Of a stretch of DNA of 64,000 nt, positions 33,755 to 43,896 are shown one piece after another. A model generated the notes under the pieces. It was not told where the DNA came from. It did not search any database and saw only the letters and a program-made list of their open reading frames with translations. Position numbers and translations under genes: made by a program. The DNA lies in assembly GCA_964570175.1 (NCBI GenBank), contig CAZMXG010000007.1, positions 2,109 to 66,108 of the forward strand, in the 5' to 3' direction. The stretch comes from an uncultured Heliomicrobium sp. (GTDB taxonomy: Bacteria > Acidobacteriota > Blastocatellia > RBC074). Every line of letters begins with the position of its first letter. Position 1 is the first letter of the stretch.

Positions 33755-33838
33755 TGTTTTCTCCTTCTCAAAAAAAGCAGCACCGCACTTTTGATTTGCA
33801 GTGCTGCACGGTTGCAATTGTTTAGAAACAAGCCGTTG

Positions 33839-34270
33839 TCAGTACTGGTTGATCCGGCACTTACATTCCAAACCATCGAATCTGCCCAAGTGAACCACTT
33901 GCGTCTTGCCAGGTTTCAAATCCGAGCGCAGTCTTTTTACTGTTTCTGCGCCTGTGGTTTGATCAAAACTGATCTTCGTTCCCTTGGCGATTATCTGGTC
34001 GGACTGGTTGGTAATTGTGATCAGTTTGTTGCCCGCGCCCGTGTTGTTGACAGTGCAAACCAGATCGGCTTCTTTCGGGCTACTGGCATTTGCGGTGAAC
34101 GCACTGAAATTCAACAAGCCAGTTACAATCAACATCGCCAGAAATGATTTCGTGGCGACTCGCCAAGCTTTCACTTTGTTATTTGTCGTCATAAACTCCC
34201 TCCAAAAAATTATTTGTTTTCGTTTTGCGCCAGCGTTTGACGCGGGCCGAAACTTATTCACAAAGCGCAA
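33839..34270 (-). CDS. Small secreted hypothetical protein
   Basis: Signal peptide (KSFLAMLIVTGLLNFSAFTANA). 143 aa. Divergent from the CadC-like regulator. Confidence 0.3.
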   Translation of the reverse strand: MRFVNKFRPASNAGAKRKQIIFWREFMTTNNKVKAWRVATKSFLAMLIVTGLLNFSAFTANASSPKEADLVCTVNNTGAGNKLITITNQSDQIIAKGTKISFDQTTGAETVKRLRSDLKPGKTQVVHLGRFDGLECKCRINQY

Positions 34271-34275
34271 GGAAG

Positions 34276-34354
34276 TCTTGAAAACGGACTCAAACGATTC
34301 TCAAATCGTTCTCAAAGGGGATTTTCAAAACGACTTCAAACGATTTTCAAACTG
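34276..34354. promoter_or_regulatory. Array of direct repeats (TCAAACGATT[C/T]TCAAA / TTTTCAAAACGA-type half-sites) in the divergent intergenic region
   Basis: Sequence GAAAACGGACTCAAACGATTCTCAAATCGTTCTCAAAGGGGATTTTCAAAACGACTTCAAACGATTTTCAAACTG lies immediately upstream of the winged-helix regulator gene. Confidence 0.35.
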
Positions 34355-34357
34355 CTT

Positions 34358-36589
34358 ATGTCTTTGTCTGGCAAACACTTTTACGATTTTGACCGGTTTC
34401 GTATGGATGCGAACGAGCGCGTGCTGTTGGCCGACGGCGAGATCGTGACGCTGACGCAAAAAGCATTTGACGTGTTGATGGTTTTGGTGGAACGGCGCGG
34501 CCAGATTGTCAGCAAGGACGAACTAATGGAGTTAGTTTGGCCAGACACGTTTGTCGAAGAGGGGAATCTTGCCCAGAACATTTACACCCTTAGAAAAGTT
34601 CTGGGACAGACCAGCGACGGGCAGGATTTCATTAAAACGATTCCCAAACGAGGGTACAGGTTTGCTTTGGACGTCAGCGAACACCGTGATGTTCAGCCAG
34701 AGCTGACCTCTGAAAAGCCAACCGTTTTGAACTCGCCCTCAAAACCGCTGACAACAAATTCCGTAGTGGTTCAGTTTCCCACGGAACATCGCGGAATAGT
34801 TCATCAACCCACGCAGGAAAATTGGACCCAATCGCTAAGCCGTCACAAAATGTTGGTCGTGACGCTGGCTGTGCTTTTTGTCGGGTCGGTCGGCAGTTTG
34901 ATTTGGCTGGGAAACTCTTTTGGATGGAATCTGTTTTCGTCGAATTCCAGCACCAAACTGAATATCAGCAATTTGACGACGACTGGAAACGTCGCGTGTT
35001 CGGCGGTTTCTCCGGATGGAAAGTTTGTCGCTTATGCGCTGACCGAAACCGCTCAGCGAAGCAGTTTGTGGTTAATGCAATTGGCGACGATGAATGTTCA
35101 ACAGGTGATCGCTCCGGCCGAAATCCAATACCACGCGCTGACGTTTTCGCGCGATGGACAGTTCATTCATTACGTCGCCCGTGAAAATAATTCAACTCGC
35201 ACGCTGTTTCGAGTTTCGGTGCTTGGCGGCGCTTCAAAAAAATTGAGTGAAAATGTCCTGACCGCCATTTCGTTTTCTCCTGACGGCGAACGGCTCGCTT
35301 TCCGGCGATCATTTGACGAACGGCGCGAGGCTGTTCTTTTTGTCGCTAATGCTGACGGCAGCAATGAAAAACAGCTTGCTGCCGTCAAATATCCGAATTC
35401 GTTTGGCGATCCTGCCTGGTCGCCCGACGGAAACGTGATTGCCTGTGCCGCAGGCTATTCGGAAGGAGGCGCGAATATGGAAGTTGTCGCCGTTCGCGCA
35501 GATGACGGAGCGATCAAGCCGGCTTCGGCTCAAAGATTCCGCTGGATTGGCCAGCTTGCGTGGCTGCCGGATTCCAGCGGTTTGATGATGGTCGCCAGCC
35601 GCGATCCGGCAGAGCTTCGGCAGGTTTGGCGGCTGGATTATGCAACCGGCGAAACGCGCCGTGTGACCAATGACAACAACCATTACAACCGCTTGAGCCT
35701 TTCCGCTGACGGCAAGACGTTGGTGGTTTCGCAGCTCAAGCAGGTTACCAACATGTGGATGATCCCGCGTGAAGACGCGCAGCGTGCGAAGCAAATCACC
35801 TTCGGCGCGGGAGGCTACAGAGGCAGGCTTTCGTGGACGCCAGATGACAGAATTGTGTATGACTCCGAAGCGGCTAACGCCGCAACGATTTCCGTGATGA
35901 ATGCCGATGGCAGCCATCAGAAACAATTGCTTGGCGAACAACCCAATAAATCTTACGCTGGGCGCTCGTATGTTTCGCCAGATGGACGCTATGTTTTGTT
36001 CGCCTCCGATGTCACTGGAACACGCCACATCTGGCGCATGAACATAGATGGCAGCAATCCAGTTCAACTGACCAATGGTGATGGCGAAGACACGCCGCAT
36101 TGTTCCCAGGATTGCCGATGGGTGGTTTACACAAAACTCGAACGCAAGGGAGCAGATCGTCCCACAATTTGGCGTGTTTCCATTGATGGAGGAACGCCAT
36201 CGCAATTGACCGAAGATTTTACGATGTATCCGGCGATTTCGCCGGATGGAAAGATGATGGCTTGCGTGCGCTCAGCGCCGAACGAACCCGGACGGCTTGC
36301 CATTTACTCAGTTGAAGGCGGTGTGCCAATCAAAATTTTCCCGCGCCCGATAGATGGCACGCCGCTGATTCGCTGGACGCCCGATGGGCGATTTTTGACC
36401 TATGACGAAAATCCAATCGGTCCCGCCAAATTGTGGCTTCAATCCGTGGAGGGCGGCGAACCGAAATTGCTGACCGAATTCGTTTCGGATCGCATTTTCG
36501 GATTCGACTGGTCGCCTGATGGAAACCGATTGGCTGTCGTACGCGGCCTGTGGTCGGCCAACCTTGTCTTGATCAAAGGCTTTCAGTAA
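34358..36589 (+). CDS. CadC/OmpR-type winged-helix DNA-binding domain - TM - TolB-like beta-propeller transcriptional regulator
   Basis: N-terminal trans_reg_C-like domain (LTQKAFDVLMVLVERRGQIVSKDELMELVWPDTFVEEGNLAQNIYTLRKVL). One TM (VVTLAVLFVGSVGSLIWL). About 500 aa of repeated SPDG/WSPDG propeller blades. Confidence 0.65.
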   Translation: MSLSGKHFYDFDRFRMDANERVLLADGEIVTLTQKAFDVLMVLVERRGQIVSKDELMELVWPDTFVEEGNLAQNIYTLRKVLGQTSDGQDFIKTIPKRGYRFALDVSEHRDVQPELTSEKPTVLNSPSKPLTTNSVVVQFPTEHRGIVHQPTQENWTQSLSRHKMLVVTLAVLFVGSVGSLIWLGNSFGWNLFSSNSSTKLNISNLTTTGNVACSAVSPDGKFVAYALTETAQRSSLWLMQLATMNVQQVIAPAEIQYHALTFSRDGQFIHYVARENNSTRTLFRVSVLGGASKKLSENVLTAISFSPDGERLAFRRSFDERREAVLFVANADGSNEKQLAAVKYPNSFGDPAWSPDGNVIACAAGYSEGGANMEVVAVRADDGAIKPASAQRFRWIGQLAWLPDSSGLMMVASRDPAELRQVWRLDYATGETRRVTNDNNHYNRLSLSADGKTLVVSQLKQVTNMWMIPREDAQRAKQITFGAGGYRGRLSWTPDDRIVYDSEAANAATISVMNADGSHQKQLLGEQPNKSYAGRSYVSPDGRYVLFASDVTGTRHIWRMNIDGSNPVQLTNGDGEDTPHCSQDCRWVVYTKLERKGADRPTIWRVSIDGGTPSQLTEDFTMYPAISPDGKMMACVRSAPNEPGRLAIYSVEGGVPIKIFPRPIDGTPLIRWTPDGRFLTYDENPIGPAKLWLQSVEGGEPKLLTEFVSDRIFGFDWSPDGNRLAVVRGLWSANLVLIKGFQ

Positions 36590-36598
36590 CACTTTCTT

Positions 36599-37885
36599 TT
36601 AGGGACCAACCATCATCACGCCTTGCCCGTCGCTGAAAATTCCTGCGATGCAGCCGGTCATCAGCGTCGCCAGCGTCGCTGCCAGCAAGGCGCGAAACCC
36701 TAAAGCCGCCAGATCGTCTCGACGCGATGGAGCCAGTGCCGCAGTTCCTCCCACAAAAATCGCAATCGAAGCCACGTGCGTGAATCCGCACAAAGCGTAG
36801 GTCAAAATCACGACCGTGCGCGGATCGGCCAATTGGCCGCTGGCAACCATTTGCGACAAATCTTGATAGGAAACGACTTCAGTCAACAGCACGCGTTCGC
36901 CCAGCAAGCGGCCTGCTTCGGCAATGTCCGGGCGCGAAATTCCCAGCAAAGCCGCCAACGGATAAAACACCCAGCCAAGAATTTTGACGATGGAAAGCGG
37001 TTCTGAAAGCCCCAGCCAATGGCTCGGCCATCCAATGAATTTGTCCAGCAGCGCGACCATTCCCAAGCCCGCGACTAACAGCGCAGCAATTCCGGCGGCC
37101 AATTTCATGCCGTCCATCGAACCTTCAATAATGGCGCTCATCAGATTGCGGGCGTGCGGAACCTCTTCTTCTTTGGGAATGCTGGTGGCGGTTTCAGGCG
37201 TTTCTGTTTCCGGCAATAGTAACTTGGCCATGACGATTGCCGCCGGAATGGCAATGATCGAAGCCGACATCAAATGTCCGGCAATCTGCGGAAATTTGTC
37301 GCCCAGCATGATCACGTACAGCCCCAACGTGGTCGAAGCTGCCGTTCCCATTCCTGTGGCCAGCACTGTCAGCAATTCCGAGCGCGTCATTTTTTCCAGG
37401 TAAGGTCTGACCACAAGTGCCGATTCAACGCCGACAAAGATATTGGCTGCGCTGGAAAGCGATTCCGCGCCGCTAACGCCCATTGTGCGATGAAACAGTT
37501 TGGCGAACAGCCGCACGATGAATTGCAAAACGCCGAAATGGTAAAGAGCCGCCGCAAAGGCTGAAAAGAAGATGGCAATCGGCAATGCCTGAAACGCCAG
37601 AATAAAACCAAGCGGTCTTCCCTCCTGCGTTTTGCCTGTGGAAAGCGGACCCAGCAAGAAATCCGACCCGGCTTTTGACGCGTCCAGCAAGGCCATGACA
37701 CCGTCGTTCAACCATAAAAATGCCTGCCTTGATCCCGGCAATCGAAACACCAGCGCACCGATCAAAAGCTGCAAGCCCATTCCCCAGGCAATGGTTCGCC
37801 AGTTCACGTTGCGACGGTTGGCAGAAAACAACCAGGCGATGGCGGCGAAAACAAAAAAACCCGCCAGCGAGATCAGATGATTCAT
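36599..37885 (-). CDS. Concentrative nucleoside transporter (NupC/CNT family)
   Basis: 428 aa polytopic membrane protein. N-terminal and C-terminal CNT-like segments ([16 protein letters not shown]...; [21 protein letters not shown]). Confidence 0.65.
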   Translation of the reverse strand: MNHLISLAGFFVFAAIAWLFSANRRNVNWRTIAWGMGLQLLIGALVFRLPGSRQAFLWLNDGVMALLDASKAGSDFLLGPLSTGKTQEGRPLGFILAFQALPIAIFFSAFAAALYHFGVLQFIVRLFAKLFHRTMGVSGAESLSSAANIFVGVESALVVRPYLEKMTRSELLTVLATGMGTAASTTLGLYVIMLGDKFPQIAGHLMSASIIAIPAAIVMAKLLLPETETPETATSIPKEEEVPHARNLMSAIIEGSMDGMKLAAGIAALLVAGLGMVALLDKFIGWPSHWLGLSEPLSIVKILGWVFYPLAALLGISRPDIAEAGRLLGERVLLTEVVSYQDLSQMVASGQLADPRTVVILTYALCGFTHVASIAIFVGGTAALAPSRRDDLAALGFRALLAATLATLMTGCIAGIFSDGQGVMMVGP

Positions 37886-37913
37886 CAGGTGTCCTCACTG
37901 AATTGTTATTGAG

Positions 37914-38765
37914 TTGTTTCGGATGATTTCTTGCCTGTTGCAGTCCGTTATGGGAAGCTACGACTTCCCAGACTGCTGCAAACAAAACCACAATCGAGAG
38001 GCAAAAAGCGCTGTGATTCTAAAAGTCTTCGCCGATAAAAGCCAACTTGGCCAAGCCGCCGCCGCACAAGCCGTATTCTCCATCAATCAAGCCATTGCCG
38101 AACGTGGGCAAGCGCGCATCATTGCCGCGACGGGGATGTCGCAATTTGAATTTTTGCAGGCATTGATTGCGACGTCCGGCATTGATTGGTCAAAAGTTGA
38201 AATGTTTCATCTGGATGAATACGTCAATCTTTCAATCACGCACCCGGCCAGTTTTCGCAAATACTTGCTGGAACGATTTATAGAACCTGCTGGCCTGACA
38301 AACTTTCACTTGCTGAATGGTGAAAGAGACCCCAAAGAAGTTTGCCAGGTGATCGGCGGAATGATTTCCGAAGCGCCAATTGACGTTGCGTTTGTCGGCA
38401 TTGGTGAAAATGGCCACCTGGCGTTCAACGATCCGCCTGCCGATTTTGACACTGAAGCTCCTTATATTGTCGTCAACCTGGATGAAGCCTGCCGACGGCA
38501 ACAAGTTGGCGAAGGCTGGTTTGCCGATCTGGACGAGGTTCCCAAACAGGCAATTTCGATGTCCGTTCGTCAAATTCTAAAAGCCGAAGAAATCATCTGC
38601 ATCGCTCCCGATGCCCGCAAAGCCGAAGCGATTCGCAACTGTTTCGAGCGCGAAGTTTCGCCGATGTATCCGGCTTCAGCGTTGCGCACACATTTGAACA
38701 CCACGATTTACATGGACAAGGAATCATCTGCTCTTTTATCCAATGTTATAAAAACTGACAGGTAA
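37914..38765 (+). CDS. Glucosamine-6-phosphate deaminase / 6-phosphogluconolactonase family protein (NagB-like)
   Basis: MFHLDEYV and [17 protein letters not shown] motifs. The true start is probably an internal codon near VILKVF. The ORF-track start is used here. Confidence 0.65.
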   Translation: MFRMISCLLQSVMGSYDFPDCCKQNHNREAKSAVILKVFADKSQLGQAAAAQAVFSINQAIAERGQARIIAATGMSQFEFLQALIATSGIDWSKVEMFHLDEYVNLSITHPASFRKYLLERFIEPAGLTNFHLLNGERDPKEVCQVIGGMISEAPIDVAFVGIGENGHLAFNDPPADFDTEAPYIVVNLDEACRRQQVGEGWFADLDEVPKQAISMSVRQILKAEEIICIAPDARKAEAIRNCFEREVSPMYPASALRTHLNTTIYMDKESSALLSNVIKTDR

Positions 38766-38770
38766 TCGAA

Positions 38771-39511
38771 ATGGGAACATGGGGAGTCGCTTTATTTTCA
38801 GACGATCTTGCAGCCGACGTTCGCAGCGATTTTCGTGAGTTGGTCGCTGAAAGTAATTCCGCTTCTAAAGCTACAAAGGCTTTGTCTGCGGAATATAAGG
38901 AGTCGCTTGCTGATCCGAATGAATCATCTGTCTTTTGGCTTGCTCTGGCCGCGACGCAATGGGAGTTGGGCGTTTTAGAGTTGAAGGTTAAATCCAAAGC
39001 GTTGCGCATAATTAACGATGGCACAGAGCTTGGACGGTGGGCAGAAGATAAAAAGCTGATGCAACAGCGGGCCGCAGTGTTGATAGAACTCAAAGAGAAA
39101 CTTTCATCTCCTCAGCCTGCTCCGAAAAAACTCCGCCGAGTAAGAAAGGCAGCAAGTAAACACGAAATAGGTGAGATATTATCCTATCAGCTAAAGTCCG
39201 GGCGCTTGGCCTTGTTCCGTGTGATTGGTCACCACACAGATAAAGGTGGACGATTCGATATTTGTGAATTGCTCGACTGGGTTGGAAACGACCTACCCAG
39301 CGTTGAACAAATGTCAAAGATAGGGATCAGGAGGGAAGCCAATAAGCGAGCCATTTCTCAGTTTGTGCTTGGTGAACCGCAAGGAAAAGGGAAAGACAGG
39401 CTCGTAGATTTAAACTTGAAGACGGCACCGACCCAGACTCCGGAAAGGTACACAGCCTTTCCCTGGCGATTTCTTGACCAGTTGTTGGATAACATTTTTG
39501 AGATGGATTGA
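38771..39511 (+). CDS. DUF4259-like protein
   Basis: N-terminus MGTWGVALFSDDLAADVRSDFREL resembles the MGxWGxGxFDND-AAD start of DUF4259 proteins. Confidence 0.45.
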   Translation: MGTWGVALFSDDLAADVRSDFRELVAESNSASKATKALSAEYKESLADPNESSVFWLALAATQWELGVLELKVKSKALRIINDGTELGRWAEDKKLMQQRAAVLIELKEKLSSPQPAPKKLRRVRKAASKHEIGEILSYQLKSGRLALFRVIGHHTDKGGRFDICELLDWVGNDLPSVEQMSKIGIRREANKRAISQFVLGEPQGKGKDRLVDLNLKTAPTQTPERYTAFPWRFLDQLLDNIFEMD

Positions 39512-39521
39512 GTGAAAAACT

Positions 39522-40526
39522 ATGAAAAGATTTGCCTGTTGTTTCCTGTTTTTATGCATCAGCATTTTTGCTGAAGATCTCCTTCAATTGTCTCAAGCTG
39601 AACAGAGCCAAACGACCATCAAAGTCGGCATCATCGGCACGGACACTTCGCACGTTCCGGCGTTCACGAAACTGCTGAATGATCCCAAAGAGCCCGGCTA
39701 TATTCCCGGCGCTCGTGTCGTTGCAGCGTTCAAAGGCGGCAGCGCGGATGTCGAATCCAGCCACACGCGCGTTGAACGCTTCGCCACGGAAATTCGCGAT
39801 AAATACGGTGTTGAGATTGTCGCTTCCATCGAAGAATTGCTGACCAAAGTGGATGCCGTATTACTGGAAAGCGTGGATGGCCGTCCGCATCTGGCGCAGG
39901 CTCGCCCGGTGCTGAAAGCCAAAAAACGAGTCTTTATTGATAAACCGTTCGCGGCCAGTTATGCCGATGCGAAGGAAATTGTCCGGTTGTCGCGCGAAAG
40001 CAATACTCCGTTTTTCAGTTCCTCCAGCCTGCGGTACGCGGCAGACATTGTTGCGCTGAAAAGCAAACCGGAGCTTGGCGGCATTGTCGGCGCAATGTCA
40101 TTCGGCCCTTCGCCAACCGAAGCCCATCATCCGGATTTGTTCTGGTACGGCATTCACGGCGTCGAAACTTTGTTTACGTTGATGGGCGCGGGCTGTGAAT
40201 CCGTCGCGCGAACCAATACCGCTGGAACCGATGTGGTCACCGGCAAATGGAAAGATGGCCGTATTGGCACGTTTCGCGGCATCCGCGATGGCAAACAGGA
40301 TTACGGCGCTTTCGCGTTTGGAATGAAGGCCAACGCCGGAACTACGCCGCCGATGAAGGTGGATTACCGTGACTTGCTGGTCGAAATCATGAAGTTTTTC
40401 CAGACTGGCGTGGCTCCGATTCAGCCCGAAGAAACGCTGGAGATCATGGCCTTTATGGAAGCTGCCGATTTGAGCAAAGCTCGCGGCGGCGCAACCGTAA
40501 TGCTGTCGGAAGTTCGTGGCAAGTAG
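39522..40526 (+). CDS. Gfo/Idh/MocA family oxidoreductase (secreted)
   Basis: Signal peptide. [20 protein letters not shown] is the Rossmann N-terminus typical of the family. Confidence 0.7.
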   Translation: MKRFACCFLFLCISIFAEDLLQLSQAEQSQTTIKVGIIGTDTSHVPAFTKLLNDPKEPGYIPGARVVAAFKGGSADVESSHTRVERFATEIRDKYGVEIVASIEELLTKVDAVLLESVDGRPHLAQARPVLKAKKRVFIDKPFAASYADAKEIVRLSRESNTPFFSSSSLRYAADIVALKSKPELGGIVGAMSFGPSPTEAHHPDLFWYGIHGVETLFTLMGAGCESVARTNTAGTDVVTGKWKDGRIGTFRGIRDGKQDYGAFAFGMKANAGTTPPMKVDYRDLLVEIMKFFQTGVAPIQPEETLEIMAFMEAADLSKARGGATVMLSEVRGK

Positions 40527-40625
40527 CACGCATGGACTTTTGCCGCAGATAAACGCAGATGCTCGCAGATCAGCGTTTATCTGCGTTGATCCGCGGCTGA
40601 AATTCTTGAATGCAGGAAATTTCTG

Positions 40626-42170
40626 TTATCGCCGCTTCCACGCAAACCATTTTTTGATAATCCGGCTGACCGTTGGTGATAACCGAGTGCGGTTATAAAC
40701 ATCGCCGATGCGACGCAGCACTTCGGCCTGCGTGGGGTAAGGATGAATGGTTGAGGAAAGCGCGCTGAGTCTCAGCCCGTGTGTGATGGCCAGCGTTAAT
40801 TCGCTGATCATTTCTCCTGCATGCCGAGCGACAATCGTTCCGCCCAGAATCTTTCCTGACTTTCGGTCGTAATGAACGCGCGCAAAACCTTCGGTTTCCC
40901 CGTCCAAAATCGCCCGGTCGTTGTCGTCAAACTGTTCTGTGATTGTCGCGACATCGAACCCAGCCGTGCAAGCGTCAGCCTCATAAAATCCCACGTGAGC
41001 AACTTCAGGATCAGTGTACGTCACCCAGGGTATCACCAATTGGCTGGCTCTCGCCCTGCCAAAAAACAGCGCATTGCGTAGTACAGTTCTGGCCGTCGCA
41101 TCTGCGGCGTGCGTGAATTTGAACCGCGAACAGACATCGCCAGCAGCGTAAATTTTCGGATTCGTCGTTCGCAAAAAATCGTCAACCGTCACGCCTTCTT
41201 TCGAGTATTCCACACCCGCCGCTTCCAGGTTCAATCTTTCCACATTCGGCACCCGGCCAGCGGCTGACAAAATCAAATCGCAAATGGCTTCGCGCTGAGT
41301 CCCGGCTTGCTCGTACACGACAACTTTCTCTTCACTGCGAACTTCGACGCGAACGATCTTCACCCGGTTTTCGATTCTCATTCCTTCGCTGACCAACTGG
41401 CGATGAATCAACTCGACTGCATCGCGGTCTTCGCGCGGCAGAACGTGCTCAACATCATTCAGCAAGGTCACAGAACAACCAAACCGCTGAAAGGCCTGCG
41501 CCAGTTCGCAGCCAATCGGGCCACCGCCGATGACAACCATCCGGTGCGGCAGTTCCGTAATCGTGAAGATATTTTCGTTCGTGTAATAGCCGGTTTCTTT
41601 CAATCCCGGAATTGGCAATTCGGCGGGCCGTCCGCCTGTCGCAATCACGGCGCGATCAAATTCCAGCCGTTGCCCATCAACTTCGATTTCCGACGGGCTG
41701 ACAAAGCGCGCATCTCCAAGGAAAACTTCGACGTTGTATTTTTCCTTCATACGCACGGCTGCGTCATTGAAGCTGATTTGCGAACGAAGCTTGCGCATCC
41801 GCTCCATTGCGGCAGCAAAATCAATTTGCGGTTCGCCGGAAAGTTCTACGCCAAATTCGCGCGCCAGCCGCAGATCGTAAACCGCACGCGCCGCGCGAAG
41901 GACGGCTTTCGACGGAACGCAGCCCGTCACCAGACAATCTCCGCCCATCAACGCGCGTTCGATGATGGCGGCTTTTGCGCCAAGTCCTCCCGCGCCGCCT
42001 GCGCTGACCAGTCCGGCTGCGCCCGCACCAATCGCCACCAGATTGTATTTTCCGTTCAGAGTTGGATTGATGTGATTCGGCGGATGACAGTTTTCGATCA
42101 TCAACCGGTCGTGAGGATCGCCGCCCAAAGTGACATGGCCGATCGCGTCATCCTCAATCAGAGTTTTCAT
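40626..42170 (-). CDS. Class I pyridine nucleotide-disulfide oxidoreductase (dihydrolipoyl dehydrogenase / mercuric-reductase-like flavoprotein)
   Basis: FAD motif VAIGAGAAGL. Redox-active disulfide GGDCLVTGCVPSK. NAD motif and dimerisation domain present. No N-terminal HMA domain or C-terminal Cys pair, so not a canonical MerA. Confidence 0.75.
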   Translation of the reverse strand: MKTLIEDDAIGHVTLGGDPHDRLMIENCHPPNHINPTLNGKYNLVAIGAGAAGLVSAGGAGGLGAKAAIIERALMGGDCLVTGCVPSKAVLRAARAVYDLRLAREFGVELSGEPQIDFAAAMERMRKLRSQISFNDAAVRMKEKYNVEVFLGDARFVSPSEIEVDGQRLEFDRAVIATGGRPAELPIPGLKETGYYTNENIFTITELPHRMVVIGGGPIGCELAQAFQRFGCSVTLLNDVEHVLPREDRDAVELIHRQLVSEGMRIENRVKIVRVEVRSEEKVVVYEQAGTQREAICDLILSAAGRVPNVERLNLEAAGVEYSKEGVTVDDFLRTTNPKIYAAGDVCSRFKFTHAADATARTVLRNALFFGRARASQLVIPWVTYTDPEVAHVGFYEADACTAGFDVATITEQFDDNDRAILDGETEGFARVHYDRKSGKILGGTIVARHAGEMISELTLAITHGLRLSALSSTIHPYPTQAEVLRRIGDVYNRTRLSPTVSRIIKKWFAWKRR

Positions 42171-42194
42171 CGTGTTGAATCCTCGTAAATTCTG

Positions 42195-42911
42195 TCAAAG
42201 GGTTTTATGTTCCGCTAAGACTTTGACGCTTTCCTGCTCGGCCTGCGCCAGGGCTTTTCTGGCAATTAGCGTCACCAGGATGACAACAGCAATAGTCGCC
42301 AGCAGACCGACAATGCGCAGCACAAGTTCCCAAATTCCCACACCGCCTGAGCTTGCGCTCAAAGCATCACGCGCCGTCGCGCCGATGTACACATACAGAA
42401 ACGTGCCCGGCAACATGCCGATCAAATTCGCCAGCACGTAAGAACCGGTCCGCACCGTCGTCAATCCAAGCAGGTAATTCAGCAGCGTAAACGGGAACAC
42501 CGGGCTGAGCCGGACCAGCAGGACCATTTTGAACCCTTCGCGGCCAATGGCGCGATCAAGCGCGGAAAACTTTGGATTGCCCGCTGCCCACAATGCGACA
42601 CGTTCACGCAGAAAAGTTCGTGTCAGCCAGAAGGCACCCAGCGCGCCCAGATTCGCGCCAATCACGACAACCGCCAGCGCTTTCCAAAAGCTGAAAATGC
42701 CTGCGGCTCCGATTGTCAGCACGCTGCCAGGGATCAACAGCAAAGTCGTCGCGACATACAGCAACACATAGCAAACCGGAGCAAACACGCCGAACTCTTT
42801 GATCGAATTTTGCAGTTCGGTCAGCCAAATGCCGACAGGCAAAAAGCGCAGCAGGATTCCGAGTGCGACAACCAACAATACTACCAGCAGCCACAGCTTC
42901 TTATTTTTCAT
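42195..42911 (-). CDS. DedA / SNARE-associated (TVP38/TMEM64) family membrane protein
   Basis: 238 aa with 5-6 TM helices. Tightly linked, with a 24-bp gap, downstream of the flavoprotein. Confidence 0.75.
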   Translation of the reverse strand: MKNKKLWLLVVLLVVALGILLRFLPVGIWLTELQNSIKEFGVFAPVCYVLLYVATTLLLIPGSVLTIGAAGIFSFWKALAVVVIGANLGALGAFWLTRTFLRERVALWAAGNPKFSALDRAIGREGFKMVLLVRLSPVFPFTLLNYLLGLTTVRTGSYVLANLIGMLPGTFLYVYIGATARDALSASSGGVGIWELVLRIVGLLATIAVVILVTLIARKALAQAEQESVKVLAEHKTL

Positions 42912-42915
42912 GGCT

Positions 42916-43809
42916 TCACCTTTCAGCCAGATTTACCAATGTCGCGCCAAGAATACGTTTCTGCCTTCGTTCCTGAACAAATGCCACTGCTTTCAAATTT
43001 CCGCGTTTCCAATCTTTGCCGAGCATGACTGTCGTTTCTGTCTCGAACGGTTTGGTCGAACTGTGGACGCTTCCCAGCGAACGCAACTCACGAACAACTG
43101 CCGTGTGGTTTAACTTCCGCCCGGTATTTTCTCCACGCACAACCTGGGAGGAAAGATTGGTTTCGGTGATGGCCACCAAGACCTCTGCAATGTCGCCAGT
43201 ACTCAGCTTCGGTAATTTTGCTACGCTGACTTTCAATTTGACGGTCGAAGGAGTTTCCGCTTGCGCAGAATCAATCGCCACTTCGGCTTTGGGAATTTTT
43301 GCCAGACGTGCAATTGCCGTCCGGGCTTTTTCGGAATTGCTGCCAATAAATTCCGCCTGCCCATCCACGACCATTTGCGGCGTGTAAACGCCGTCGTTGT
43401 TGAACACGCTGGCATAGGCACCTTGCCGCGCGCTGAATGCTTCCGACGAAAACGGATCGGACCAGCCTATGTAATTCCAGTAATCAACATGCTCGCTCAG
43501 CGCGATGATTTCCACACCGGCAATCGGTTGTGTATTTTCCAATTCCGCCAGAACCTTATCGGCGGGCGGGCAGCTTGAACAACCTTCCGAAGTGAACAGC
43601 TCAACAATGACTGGCAAGCGTTTGCCTTCAACAGAAGGCACCTCAACTTCCAAAATCTCCGCTTCCGCGTTTGCGACGGAAGACGCTGATGACCAGTGAA
43701 TTGAACTCCGAAACAATTTCGCTCCAGCCAGCAAGGCAATCAGCAGAAACAACCCCGCAGCAATCGCAATTTTCATGTACGGACTCCCTGTTGATGTAGG
43801 TTGAAACAT
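42916..43809 (-). CDS. DUF1223-like secreted thioredoxin-fold protein
   Basis: Signal peptide. FTSEGCSSCPPAD motif characteristic of DUF1223. Confidence 0.55.
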   Translation of the reverse strand: MFQPTSTGSPYMKIAIAAGLFLLIALLAGAKLFRSSIHWSSASSVANAEAEILEVEVPSVEGKRLPVIVELFTSEGCSSCPPADKVLAELENTQPIAGVEIIALSEHVDYWNYIGWSDPFSSEAFSARQGAYASVFNNDGVYTPQMVVDGQAEFIGSNSEKARTAIARLAKIPKAEVAIDSAQAETPSTVKLKVSVAKLPKLSTGDIAEVLVAITETNLSSQVVRGENTGRKLNHTAVVRELRSLGSVHSSTKPFETETTVMLGKDWKRGNLKAVAFVQERRQKRILGATLVNLAER

Positions 43810-43896
43810 GTCGGGCAGGTTACGCTGTCATTCGTTTGACGTCTGTATGACAACACTCATATGTTGCCTCCACCCGCTTGGATAACGCAGCCGGAG

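Noticed and set aside
35309-36205. 298-aa minus-strand ORF inside the CadC/TolB regulator gene
   Set aside because: It is fully embedded antisense to a gene with strong repeated-domain signal. It has no motifs and is Cys/His/Arg-rich, as expected for a shadow frame.
40626-42170. Mercuric reductase MerA
   Set aside because: There is no N-terminal heavy-metal-associated domain or C-terminal vicinal Cys pair. No merR, merT or merP genes are present. I call it a generic disulfide flavoprotein.
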